NCBI RefSeq assembly: GCF_963921235.1
Contig: NC_086102.1
Coordinates: 141,980,001 to 142,044,000 of the forward strand
Origin: Mobula hypostoma
Lineage: Eukaryota
Direction of reading: 5' to 3'
DNA: 64,000 nt
The notes below the pieces were generated by a model that was not told the DNA's origin, did no database searches, and saw only the letters and a program-made list of their open reading frames with translations. How positions within the stretch are numbered: position 1 is the stretch's first letter; each line of letters starts with the position of its first letter. The translations under genes were made by a program, and so were the position numbers. Below, in pieces: positions 11,761 through 23,761 of the stretch.

Positions 11761-13238
11761 GGCAGAGGACAGGTCCTCTGAAATGTTAACACCCAGGAGT
11801 TTAAATTTGCTGACCTCTCCACCTCTGATCCCCCAATGCGGACTAGCTCATGGCCCTCTGGATTTCTCATCCTGAAGTCGGTAATCAGCGCTTTGGTCTC
11901 GCTGACACTGAATAACAGGTTGCTGTTGTGTCTCCACTCAGCCAGATTTCCAATCTCCTTCCCATATTCTGATTTACCTCCACTTTTGATTTGGTTTATC
12001 AAAGGGGTGTCATCAGTAAACTTGAATATGGCACTGGAGTTGTGCTTAGCCACATAATCATCGGTGTAAAGCAAGTAGAGCACGGGGCTAGGCACACAGT
12101 CCTGTGGTGCATCTGTGCTGATGGAGATTAGGGTAGAGAATTTGTTGCCAATTCAAACTGACTGGGGTCTGCAAGTGTGGAAATCGAGGATCCAATTACA
12201 CAAAGAGGTACTGAGGTTAAGGTACTCCAGCTTACTGACTTGTTTTGAGGGGATGATGGTATTGAATGCTGAGCTGTAGTCAGTAAAGACCATCCAAGTC
12301 ACTTCTCAGGCAGGAGTTGTTATCTTTTATCATCAACCTCTCAAAACACTTCATCACTGTGGATGTACGTGCTACAGGACAATAGTCATTGAGGCAAGTT
12401 ACCCTGTTCTTCTTAAACACAGGAATAATTGAAGCCTGTTTGAAGCAAGTGTATCCCTCAGATTGCTGAAGTGAGAGGTTAAAGATTTCAGTGAACAGTC
12501 CAGCCAGTTGATCAGCACAGGTCTTACTCAGGTACCCAATCTGGGGCTGATGATTTCCATGGGTTCACCCTCCTGTCGGATGCTCTCATGTCAGCCTCAG
12601 AGACTGAAATCACAAGGTCATCAGCAGTTGTGGGAGTTCCTGATGATTGCTCCATGTTTTGATGGTCAAAATGAGCATAGAAGATACTGACATCATCTGG
12701 AAGTGATGTTCTGTTGTCACCTGTGTCACTTGATTTCCATCTTACAAGAAGTACCACAGCTGACGAGCATCCTTCATTGATTCAAGCTTAGTCCAGAATT
12801 GCTACTTCACCCATGAAATGTTTTGCCAGAAATAGTACCTGGACTATTGGAACTTCCTTGGTCACCAGACTTGAATGCCTCTGATCTGGACCTCAGCAGA
12901 CTGCAGATCTCATGGTTCATCTGGAGCTTCTGGTTGGGGAAGACACTGAATGATTTTGTGGGGACACACTCGTCTACTACTGTTTTTATAAACTGGGGTC
13001 AATTGCTGTAATCAGAGTGAATTATTGATTATTGCCCTTTCGCACATCATAAAATTGAATTAAAAGGAATAGAGTATCACAAGGGTGGTGAGGAAATCCA
13101 GAATGTGGAGGTAATTGAAATGCTGAGTGTATGTGTACAATTCTTCAATGACAGGAGAGTGGAAGGCTTTGACTATTCAACATGTTCAACAAGAGAAGTG
13201 GGACAAATATAATGAATGTCAGAGGTGGGAAAACTACA

Positions 13239-14046
13239 TCATTATGTGCTCATCATTCTTTATTACAGTTCAAAGTGGTACATAGAGTTCATATTTCTAA
13301 AGATAAGCTCTCCCATTTCTACGCAGTTATTTCCCCTTACTGTGATAGATGTACTAATGGGGTGGCCACACTAATTCATATGTTTTGGACATGTCCGAGC
13401 CTTGAAAAATTCTGGAAAGATGTATTTCAAACTTTTTCTGTACTTTTCAATGTTAGTTTTAAGCCCAAACCTTTGACTGCCATGTTTGGTATTGTTGAGG
13501 ATAGTGCTACAAAATTGAAGCCATCTAATTTGTGGGTATTGGCCATTATGTCTCTTATGGCCAGGAGGGCGATCTTACTCAAGTGGAAGGAGGCTGCCCC
13601 GCTCACTCATGTTCAATGGCTATCTGATGTTATGTTGTGCCTAGATCTAGAGAAGATTCGTTGTTTGATTTCTGATTCTAAACATGATTTTTTAATGTTA
13701 TGGGGACCCTTTCTGAATTATTTTCATAATCTTTGAACTGTTATCAAAGTATGGCTCTGAGCCGTTATTATTATAATATCATATGGTAAAGTAGTTTTCT
13801 TTTTTCTTTTTTTTTACCAACCAGCTCATTTTGGTAGTGGGGGTAGATTTTTCTAAAATAAAATACAATTATTTTATTTTATTTCATTTCACAATTCAAT
13901 ATTTTTTCTACATGATTGATTTGGAATATGGGATACTGTGATCATATTACTATGATTTAAATGTAATGTAATTCGTATTACTTGTATCCTTATGAATTTT
14001 GTATTTCTATTCATGCAATTTATAATATCAACAAAAATATTGAAAG
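13239..14046 (+). mobile_element. 5'-truncated L1-clade LINE upstream of gene 2
   Basis: ORF2 zinc knuckle CDRC..TLIHMFWTC; 18-bp TSD AGAGGTGGGAA(A/T)ACTACA at 13221-13238 and 14047-14064. Confidence 0.9.
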
Positions 14047-14485
14047 AGAGGTGGGAATACTACAAGGAACCACAGTGAAAGGCAATATTAACTCTTACTT
14101 GGAGGATCAAGTGGGTTATGAAGGGAGAGGCAGCAGAGATTATTGAAGGCAAAACATGTTTATCTCATTTGGCTGAATTTACTGATGAAAGAATAGAGGT
14201 GGCTGATTAGTGCTGTGGAGCAAAAGCTGTACAGATAGGTGGATTTTCAAAAAAAACTCTTCTCAGTTTAATAAGGTATAAATTCAATTTAGGTCTTTTG
14301 GGAAAGAGAACCAAAATGTGACATTGACCTAGGTGAATGGACCTGGGTGATACGTAGCTGTGAATTTTCCCGAACTGTTTGGTTGAAACAATTAAAATGA
14401 TAAGAAAGCACAACTGAAAGGATCTATGCAACAAATGTCTTTCTGTTGCTTTTCTACAATAAATGAAAGAAAGGATTTCGTTGCA

Positions 14486-14563
14486 TTTTGCTGATGTATA
14501 ATGTTGTGTCATAAGAATAACAAGGAACTGCCTAGTGAGGTCTTTCTACCCTGCATATAAATA
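14486..14563 (+). promoter_or_regulatory. Gene 2 half-MARE-like motif + TATA box (14556-14563)
   Basis: TTTTGCTGA then TATAAATA 70 bp later, as in paralogues. Confidence 0.75.
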
Positions 14564-14618
14564 CCAACTTGTGTTAGACTGAATCATTCAGCTGGTTACC
14601 AGACTAACTGTGTTCAAA

Positions 14619-16340
14619 ATGGGAAAGGCAAGGGCTACTCAGTAAATGAACTAAATGAGAATTCTTCATGAACACCTGAGCAACTATTAACACAGATATG
14701 TTTCTTCCCACAGATCATCTTCTACGAGGACAGGAACTTCCAGGGTCGGCACTATGAGTGCAGCTCCGACTGTGCCGACCTCTCCCCTTACTTCAGCCGC
14801 TGTAACTCCATCCGTGTTGACAGTGACTGGTGGGTGTTGTACGAGAGACCCAACTACATGGGATACCAGTATGTCCTGAGCAGGGGAGAGTATCCTGACT
14901 ACCAGCGCTGGATGGGATTCAATGACTGTGTCAAGTCCTGTCGCAGCTACCCATACGTACGTTTCTATTTTTTTTCCAGGGCATTTGATCCGTTGCAGTT
15001 TGTCTTTGAAGATGCCAGCAATTGTCTAATGGGTATTAAGTATGCTTGTTTATTTATATGCAGTGTTGTGCAATTACAAAGAAAACACAGCAGAGCTTTG
15101 GTTTGCGAAGGTTCAGCATGACATCAATGTAAAGACGGAGGTAGTGTTGGGTCTCTTAACGAGCATTAATGCACCTAAGTCCCCAGGGCCTGATGGAATA
15201 TAACCGAGGTTACTGAGAGAGGCAAGAGATAAGATTGCTGGGACCTTGAGCAACAACTTCTTGTCTTTTTTCGTCATCTTGCATATTGCTTACAATTTTG
15301 GTGACGCCATTACTGGAATGATGTCGAGACGTTGGAGAGGGTGTAGAAGGGGCTTATCAGGATGCTCTCGATTAGAGGGCATGTGATATAATGAGATGTT
15401 GGACAACCTTATGCTGTTTTCTCTGGAGTGGCAGAAGTTGAGTGGACATCACGTAGAGGTCTTTAACTTCAAGAGAGGCATAGATAGAGTAGATAGACAG
15501 TATCTTTCTCGCACGGTTAAAATATCAGATACCAGAGAACATGCATTTAAGGTGAATGGGTGTATGCTCAAAGGAGATGTGAAGGGCAAGTTTTTTTACA
15601 TGGAGAGAGGTGGGTGTCTGGAATACGCTGCCCAGGGTGATGTTAGAGGCAGGCTCACCAGGGGCTTTTAAGAGAGTCTTAGGCACATGCATATAAGGGA
15701 TGTTGAAGGATAAGGACATTACTTACGCAGAGAAGAATTAATTTAAATAGTCAACTAAATTTAAGTTTACTAATTTAATTGGTTCAGCAGAAAATTGTGG
15801 GCCAAAAGTCCTGTTCCTGTGCTCTACTGTTCTATGTTCTACGTTCTAAATACAGAATTTCTCATATTTTCTCCTTTGTTTTCCTTTAACTTATGTTTGA
15901 ATCAGCAGCAATGCCAGTTGGAGACAGATAATTAATGAAATTTTCACAGTGCATCTAACTTTATTTCCCATTGAAGACTGTGAATTGGTGTTCTGATGTA
16001 ATGCTTAATGAGTGAACGATCGTCAAAAGATTATTACTAAAACGGTCTTTTTTCTCTATTCCAGTATCGAGGAGGAAACTACAGGATGAGGATTTACGAG
16101 AGGCCTGACTTTGCAGGACAGATGATGGAATTCATGGATGACTGTCCCTCTGTCTACGATCGTTTCCGTTACCATGACATCCACTCCTGTCAGGTGATGG
16201 AAGGTTACTGGATCTTCTATGAACATCCCAACTACAGAGGCCGACAGTACTTCCTGAGACCCGGGGAATACAGGAGATACAGTGACTGGGGCGCCTACAA
16301 CTCAATGATCGGGTCCTTCAGGCGCATGAGGGACTTCTAA
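14619..16340 (+). CDS. Gamma-crystallin gene 2, 175 aa, exons 14619-14627, 14714-14956, 16065-16340
   Basis: Same exon sizes, open frame. Donors GCAAGG and GTACGT; acceptors CACAG and TCCAG. Confidence 0.95.
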
Positions 16341-16482
16341 AAGTGGATCTTAAAAATCTGATTTTGACCTGTTGAAACATTTATGGAGGCAATAAAATCC
16401 CTTTGATGACTCTATCAGCTCATTAATTCATTTACCCTGATTCCACTGGAAATCACAATAGAACAGTAATCATAATCTGAGG

Positions 16483-19400
16483 AATATCATTCTATTACTT
16501 GTTTACAAACAAATAGTAACATCACGTGTCTCACAACTAATCACCAGTAATTTGGATAACCACAATATACTTACAGAAGAGCAGAAAGGATGTTGGAAGG
16601 GTATAAAAGGATATGAGGAACAACTGATAACGGATTCCATAATTCTAAATCAAGCCCTGCAGAAAAGCAGAAATCTTTCATGTTGCTATATTGCTATGTT
16701 GAAGGAGTTTCACAAGTTATATATATATATATTATTAATAGTATACATGGATGATTTGAAATTACACGCTGCTTCATTAGTAAAGCTAAAGGAATTAATT
16801 CAAATAGTAGAACTATTTTTGAAAGATATAAACATGAACTTTGGACAGGATAGACGCAGAACATTAAACATAAAGAAAGGTGCAACAGAGCTAGTAGAAT
16901 ATAAAACAGAGCAGCAGGATACAATACAACCAATGGATGAATATGAAACATACAAGTATTTGGGATATCAACAAGGAAAGAAAATAGATCATAGTGTGAT
17001 ACAGGAAATACTTTTGACAAAATTTACTTCAAGGTTTAAGAAAATCAGCCAAACAGAGCTCAATATTAAAATTATAAAAAAGGCAATAAACACTTTTGTT
17101 ATACCATATTTACATATTCCTTTGGCATAATATCTTTCTCCAAAACAAATCTGGAAAATTTATAAAGAAAAATAAGAACTGAAATGACAGATTTCAGAAA
17201 ACATGATGTATTAGATTAACACTACCCAGGACAGAAGTGGGAAGAGGAATTAAAGACATTAAAGATTTACACAACAGTTAGATAAACCTTCTAAAGATAT
17301 ACTTTCATCAATGAAAACAGGATTTAGCATTTCACAGAAGCATATGCAATTCTGATAAGTATATACCACTACCTTAAATGGGATCACAACCCAGAGAAAT
17401 AAAGACACTGTCACTATTGAGGAAAAAGTCAACCGATGGAATGGTATGATCCTCCATGGAAGACCCTCCATCTCCACGATCTGAGTGACTGAATGTCGCC
17501 AAGGAAGTGTCGAACACCTGGCTCAGAGTTGGATACCTCTTCCCAGAAACAGAACAGTTCCTTGTGGAAATACAGGACCAGGTGCTTTACACACAAGAAT
17601 ATATCAAAAATGCATAATAAAAGATCAACAAATTCAAGATGATAAGTGTAGAAAATACCAAGGAAAAACAGAAACATTCGACACATTACAGGATCATGTA
17701 GCAATTTAACTCAATTTGATTACTTAACACAGGCACAATTAAGTGGCAAACATCATTCATCAAAATCTTGCTTTAAATTACAAACTAATAAAAAAACACC
17801 ATATCTTACTATAGGTACAACCCTGATCCAGTTTTAGAGTCAGAAAACCACAAATTATATTATGACCGATCCGTTATCACGGAAAGGATAATCCATAATA
17901 ACCGTCTGCATATAATAATACAGGATAAACAAGCAAAACAACTTACTTAATAGGTATACAGGTAGCCACTCCAAACGCACAGAAATTATAGAAATCAAAA
18001 TGTGTAAAACACCAGAAATATGCTGAATTAAAAGAGGAAGTTGAAAGACTTTGGAACATGAACAGGGTATACATTGTCCAGATGGTATCATTCAAAAGGC
18101 ATGACACAATAGAATTAAACAATCTGGTCTACACAGCAATATCTATATAAATCTTCAGAAAGCCATAACGTTAAACACCACTAGAAAATCTGGAAGTACC
18201 TAGTATTCGAGAAATGAGTGTGCTTGGCTATGCCTGTACCTCAGCTTTTACCAGCTTGAGCTGAGAAAAAAAACTAATAGAGGTTAACACATTCACAATG
18301 CATACATATTATCGAGCAATGGAACTTGATTCTGTCAGGACAGCATACAAGGACAAACTTCATCAACAGTTTATAACACAATATCCTGTCATGCAAGTAA
18401 ATGCACAATGAATAGAAAATCAATTTGGAGTGAGAGTAAAAGATAACTTAATTCCTATAGACATGTTAAACCAAATAAAACATGAAGTTGCACAAGAGCT
18501 TCAAAGAAGCCAACCTAAAACTATAACAATGCTATGCAAGAGAATAATGAAGATACAATCCACCAAAGTGCTGATGGAAATAGAATTATTTCAGCTGCTT
18601 CACAATCCAACGTTAACAGCAGCAACACATATGTAGAGCCTTCGCAAAATGCCGATGATAAAGCTGAGCTTACAGACAAAATTATCCAAATATTTAACAC
18701 CACACTGACAGAATATATGGGTATTGATCCAACAAAGAGACCCCACATGTCAAAGTAAAATACATCATCAAAATTTGCAAAAATTGTTAATACTCTCAAC
18801 AATATTATAATACCACAATATTTTGGAAAACTTGCCACAATTGAAGAACTACACATAATATACTGTGTAGCATTATCAGCAGTACAGTACAATGGCTACA
18901 AAACAGAGGGACTCATTAATAGAGACCCAAAATTGAGCAATGAAATCAAAATACCATAATGGCAGAAGTGATTTTAAAAAATGAAAACCTAAGAGCAGAA
19001 ATAGCCCACCTAATAGATATAAAATGGATAACCTGAGCAAGAATGATAAGGGAAAAGCTAAGGAAATACAAAAGGAAATGTAAAGTCCATACAAGAAACG
19101 ATCAGCCTAACAAAAGCAATGTAGAATTTATAGATACCAGTACACTAAAACAAAAGCTTGTGCACACAAAGCCAGACTAAATAGGTATATGAAATGTGCG
19201 AGAGGAAGCAAACAGAATTATCAGTTAAGAAACAATGAGAAAGATTTACACAGGCCATTGAAACACACACACACACATGAAGGAATGAAAATACCCGAAG
19301 TCACAATAGATATGCTGAAAGAGGTTATAAAAAATACCCACTAGAAAAGTATTAGCAGTGAGAAAAATGTACTTGCCTTCATTTGTACCAATTAATACAT

Positions 19401-19533
19401 ATTAACAATTTTCTGAAAAATCCTGAATAAGTGCCTGAATTTTTGACAGAAGTTAAAACATATTTTTTACCTAAAAGGAGAATCACAAATGACCCATCAA
19501 AATATCATCCTTGTTTACAAAAAATATATAATT
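16483..19533 (+). mobile_element. R4/Dong-like non-LTR element, circularly permuted (3' half 16483-~18280, 5' half ~18280-19533)
   Basis: EEQKGC, YMDDLKL, YKYLG, DKCRK.., HRHN and KxxKYAELKEE come first, then the tail GCTGAGAAAAAAA, then N-terminal motifs (NTF.M.TYYRA ... PEFLTE.KTYFLPK..DPSKY). Confidence 0.8.
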
Positions 19534-19547
19534 GAGACATTATGCAC

Positions 19548-20598
19548 GTAAGACCATAAGACCCTAGACAAAGGATCAGAAGTAGGCCATTCAGCCCATT
19601 AGGTCTGCTCCACCATTCCATCATGGCTGATCCAGGATCCCACTCAACCCATATACCTGCTCTCTTGCCATATCCTTTGATGATCTGACCGATCAGGAAA
19701 CTATCAACTTCCACCTGAAATATACTCACTCACTTGGCCTCTATTGCAGTCTGTGGCAGAGTATTCCACAGATTCAATACTCTCTGGTTAAAGAAATTCT
19801 TTCTTACCTCTGTTCTAAAAGGTCGCCCCTTCATTTCCAAATCATCCTCGTGAACCTCCTCTGGACTCTCTCCAATGACAACACATCCTTACTGGGATAT
19901 TGGCTCTAGGACTGTTGACAGTAATGCAAGTGCAGCCTGACTAGTGTCTTCTCAAGCCTCAGCATTATCTCCTCGCTTTTATATTCTATTCCCCTTAAAA
20001 TAAATGCCAACATTGCATTTGCCTTCTTTACCACAGACTCAACCTGTAAATTAACCTTCTGGAAGACTTGAACAAGGATTCCTAAGCCCCTCTGCACCTC
20101 TGATATTTGAACCTTCTCCCCATTTAGGTAATAGTCTGCACTATTGTCCCTTTTACTAAAATGCATTATCATACATTTCCCAACACTATATTCCAACTGC
20201 CACTTTTTTGCCCATTCTTCCAATTTGTCAAAGCCTTGATGCAATCACATTGCTTCCTCAGCACTACCTACCCCTCCACCTACCTTTGTATCATCCGCAA
20301 AGCCATCAATTCCATTATCCAAATCATTGACAAACAATGCGAAAAGTAGTAGTCCCAATACTGACCCATGAGGAACACCACTAGTCACTGGTAGCCAACC
20401 AGAAAAAGCCACCTTTATTCCCACTCGCTGCCTCCTGCCTGTCAGCCATTCCTCTATCCATGTCAGTATCTTTCCTATAATGCCATGGGATTTTATCTTG
20501 TTAAGCAGCCTCATGCATGGCACCTTACCAAATGCCTTCTGAAAATCCAAGTAAATAACATCCACTGCCTCTCCTTTGTCCACCCTGCTTGTTCTTTT
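19548..20598 (-). mobile_element. CR1 LINE, 5'-truncated and internally deleted
   Basis: [28 protein letters not shown]; (TAAGACCA)n tail. Confidence 0.9.
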
Positions 20599-20894
20599 GT
20601 TACTATAGCACAAAAGAAATTAAACTACGCATAAAAGGTCACCCTGTTGTCACCCTGTTGACATATTAAGCACATTTCACTATTGTACACAAATATATAT
20701 TTCCTTTTCCAATTTTTGATACAGATGTTGTTGTCAATGTGGTGTTTGGGACGATTTGTCTGCAGATTTTAGAACTGGCTAATTTATACTGTTTTCATTG
20801 AAGAAATTTTTCAATGTTCACACGTTGATGTCACTGGGCAAAGAATTGCACAGCACAAGATTTTTGGGCACACTGGTCATTACAAGTTAGAGGG

Positions 20895-21072
20895 AACATT
20901 GCCTCGGCACTTTTTTATTTCTTTTCTGCACTACTTATATAAAATTAACTATTTAATCGTATATACTTCATTTTTCCCTATATTTATTTATCATGTACTT
21001 CACTGTGCTGCTGCTTTAAAGCTAACAACTTTCACAACATATGCCAGTGACATTGAAACTGATTCTGAATCT
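20895..21072 (+). mobile_element. Short LINE/SINE 3'-end fragment
   Basis: Ends in ACAACATATGCCAGTGAC..GATTCTGAATCT microsatellite-type tail. Confidence 0.45.
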
Positions 21073-21369
21073 TACTTTCATTTTGTAAGCGGTCATATCA
21101 TTCACACCCTCACACAGCCTTGAGCATCCATCATTAATTCCAGTTTAGCCCATGAAATGCATTCCGGAGATCGTATTTGGACATCTTGTATCTTTGCTGG
21201 TCGCCAGACCTGAGTGCATCTCATCTGGCTCTAAGCAGATTACGTATCTCATGGTTCATCTAGGGGTCCTGGTTGGGGAAGGCGCTGAATGATTTTGTGG
21301 GGACACACTCGTCTGCGACTGCTTTTATAATCCACCAGTTTATCAGAAGCAATTACTAATTGATTGGCC

Positions 21370-21790
21370 TTTCTCACATCAGTAAAAAAAATTAACAGGA
21401 ATGAGATAGCACAAGGAGGGTGAGAAAATCCAGAATGTAGAGGTAATTGAAATGCTGAGTGTATGTGTACAGTTCTTCAATGACAGGAGAGTGGAAGGCT
21501 TTGATTGTTCAACGTGTTCACCAAGAGAAATGGAGCAAACATCATGAATGCCAGAAGTGGGAAAACTACAAGGAACCACTGCGGAAGGCAATATTAACTC
21601 TTACTTGGAGGATCAAGTGGGTTATGAAGGGAGAGACAGCAGAGGTTATTGAAGGCAAATCATATGTGACTCATCTGGCTGAATTTGCTGATGAAAGAAT
21701 AAAGGTGGCGGATCAGTGTTGTGTAGCAGAAGCTATACAGATCGATTGTCAAAAGATGTTTGTCAGTTTAATAAGGTGTCTCCTTAACGT
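21370..21790 (+). mobile_element. Ancient cassette segment with a CR1 RT remnant directly upstream of the promoter (genes 2-7)
   Basis: EGKSYVTHLAEFADERIKVADQ..IQIDCQKMF is a decayed KGKSCLTNLLEFFEEVT..VD...YMDFQKAF. Confidence 0.6.
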
Positions 21791-21991
21791 AGGCAGTTTG
21801 GCAAAGTGATTCAGAATGTTACTTTGACATAGGTGAATGGACCTAGGTGATACGTAGCTGTGAATGTTCCTAAACTGTTTAGTTGAAACAACAATTAAAA
21901 TGATAAGAAAGCACAACTGAAAGAATCCACGATGCAACAAATGTCTTTCTGTTGTTTTTTGACAATAAATGAAAAAAAGGATTTTGTCACA

Positions 21992-22069
21992 TTTTGCTGA
22001 TGTTTAATGTTGTGTCATCAGAATAACAAGAAACTGCCTAGTGAGGCCTTTCTGCCCTGCATATAAATA
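21992..22069 (+). promoter_or_regulatory. Gene 3 half-MARE-like motif + TATA box (22062-22069)
   Basis: Same motifs and spacing. Confidence 0.75.
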
Positions 22070-22126
22070 CCAACTTGTGTTAGACAGTGAAACATTCAGC
22101 TAGATACCAGACTCACAGTGTTCAAT

Positions 22127-23761
22127 ATGGGAAAGGCAAGAGCTACTCAGTAAATGAACTAAATGAGAATTCTTCATGAACACCTGAGCAACTATTAACA
22201 CAGATATGTTTCTTCCCACAGATCATCTTCTACGAGGACAGGAACTTCCAGGGTCGGCACTATGAGTGCAGCTCCGACTGTGACGACCTCTCCCCTTACT
22301 TCAGCCGCTGTAACTCCATCCGTGTTGAGAGTGACTGGTGGGTGGTGTACGAGAGACCCAACTACATGGGATACCAGTATGTCCTGAGCAGGGGAGAGTA
22401 TCCTGACTACCAGCGCTGGATGGGATTTAATGACTGTATCAAGTCCTGTCACAGTTACCCACCTGTAAGTTGCTGTTGGTAACTGAATTTTATCCTTCGG
22501 AGTTTGGCTTTGCTGATGGAGAATTTGCCTTGGAAGTGCCTGCTGGGTATCAAATATGCCTGAGTGTATTATTATGAAGGGAATTTTGAGGCATAGGAGG
22601 TGGTAGTGTTAGGTCTTGTAAAGAGAATTAAGTTGGATAAGTCACCAGGGCCTGATGGGATATTCCCCAGGTTACTGAGAGGGGAAGATGAGATTGCTGG
22701 GACCTTGACCAACGTCTTTGGATCTTCTTTAGCTATCTGGAGTTTAGCAAGAGTTTTGTTCACATCATTATAGGAAGGACGTCAAGGCCTTGTAGGGGGT
22801 GCAGAGGAGACTTGGCGGGATGCTGACAGAATTAGAAGGCACGTGCTATATTGTGTTCTTTTCTCTGGAGTGGCAAAGGCTGAGGGGGAGATCTGAGGGA
22901 GGTTTTTAAGATTTATAAGATTATGAGATTATGATAGAGTAGTCAGACAGTATCTTTTTCCCCCACAGTTAAAAGCTATAAAACCAGAGGACATACACTT
23001 AAGGTGAGAGGCTGCCTGCTGTGTTATTAGAGCCAGACAGTTGAGTACTTCTGCAAGATGTTTCGTTAGGCACATGAATATGAGGAAAGTGGAAGGAAAT
23101 GGACATTATTTAAGCAGAAGGGACAGTTTAGTTTGCCATTTAATTTAAATGATCACATAAATTTAATTTACAAATTTAATTGGTTCAGCAGAATATTGTG
23201 GGCCAAAAGGCCTGTTCCTGTGCTCTACTGTCATATAATCTATGTTCTAAATGTAGAACTTCTCATATTTTCTCCTACATTTTCCTTTAGCTTCCATTTG
23301 AACCAGTAGTAATGCCGGTTGGAGACATTGTTGAGGCAAATGGTTAGAGAAATGATCAAATTGCACCTGACTTTATTTCCCATTGAAGTCAATGGCCAGA
23401 CTATGAATTAGTGTTCAGATGTAGTGTACAATGAGTGAATGACCTACGAAATATCATGACTAAAACTGTGTTTTTCCTATTCCAGCACCGAGGTGGAAAC
23501 TACAGGATGAGGATTTACGAAAGGCCTGACTTTGCAGGACAGATGATGGAATTCATGGACGACTGTCCCTCTGTCTACGATCATTTCCATTGCCGTGACA
23601 TCCACTCCTGTCAGGTGATGGATGGTTACTGGATCTTCTATGAGCAGCCCAACTACAGAGGCCGACAGTACTTCCTGAGACCCGGGGAATACAGGAGATT
23701 CAGTGACTGGGGCGGCTACAACTCAACCATTGGGTCCTTCAGGTGCATGAGGGACTTCTAA
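22127..23761 (+). CDS. Gamma-crystallin gene 3, 175 aa, exons 22127-22135, 22222-22464, 23486-23761
   Basis: Open frame with the same exon sizes. Private changes include A24D, R80H, R117H, R119H, Y120C and R171C. Confidence 0.93.

Larger units (their letters stand above)
9976..13000 (-). mobile_element. Rex1/Babar-like LINE fossil of the cassette (split by CR1 10327-11501)
   Basis: Minus-strand LQKVVDTAQS, PVLYLLYTDD..IFKFTDDT and SLPDDVSIFYAHFD motifs plus 3'UTR. Confidence 0.75.

Noticed and set aside
19263-19277. (AC)n microsatellite
   Set aside because: Short and inside a TE fossil.
20600-20895. Unique AT-rich segment with an 11-bp tandem duplication (GTCACCCTGTT x2)
   Set aside because: No recognisable termini, ORF or motif; cannot be classified without a search.
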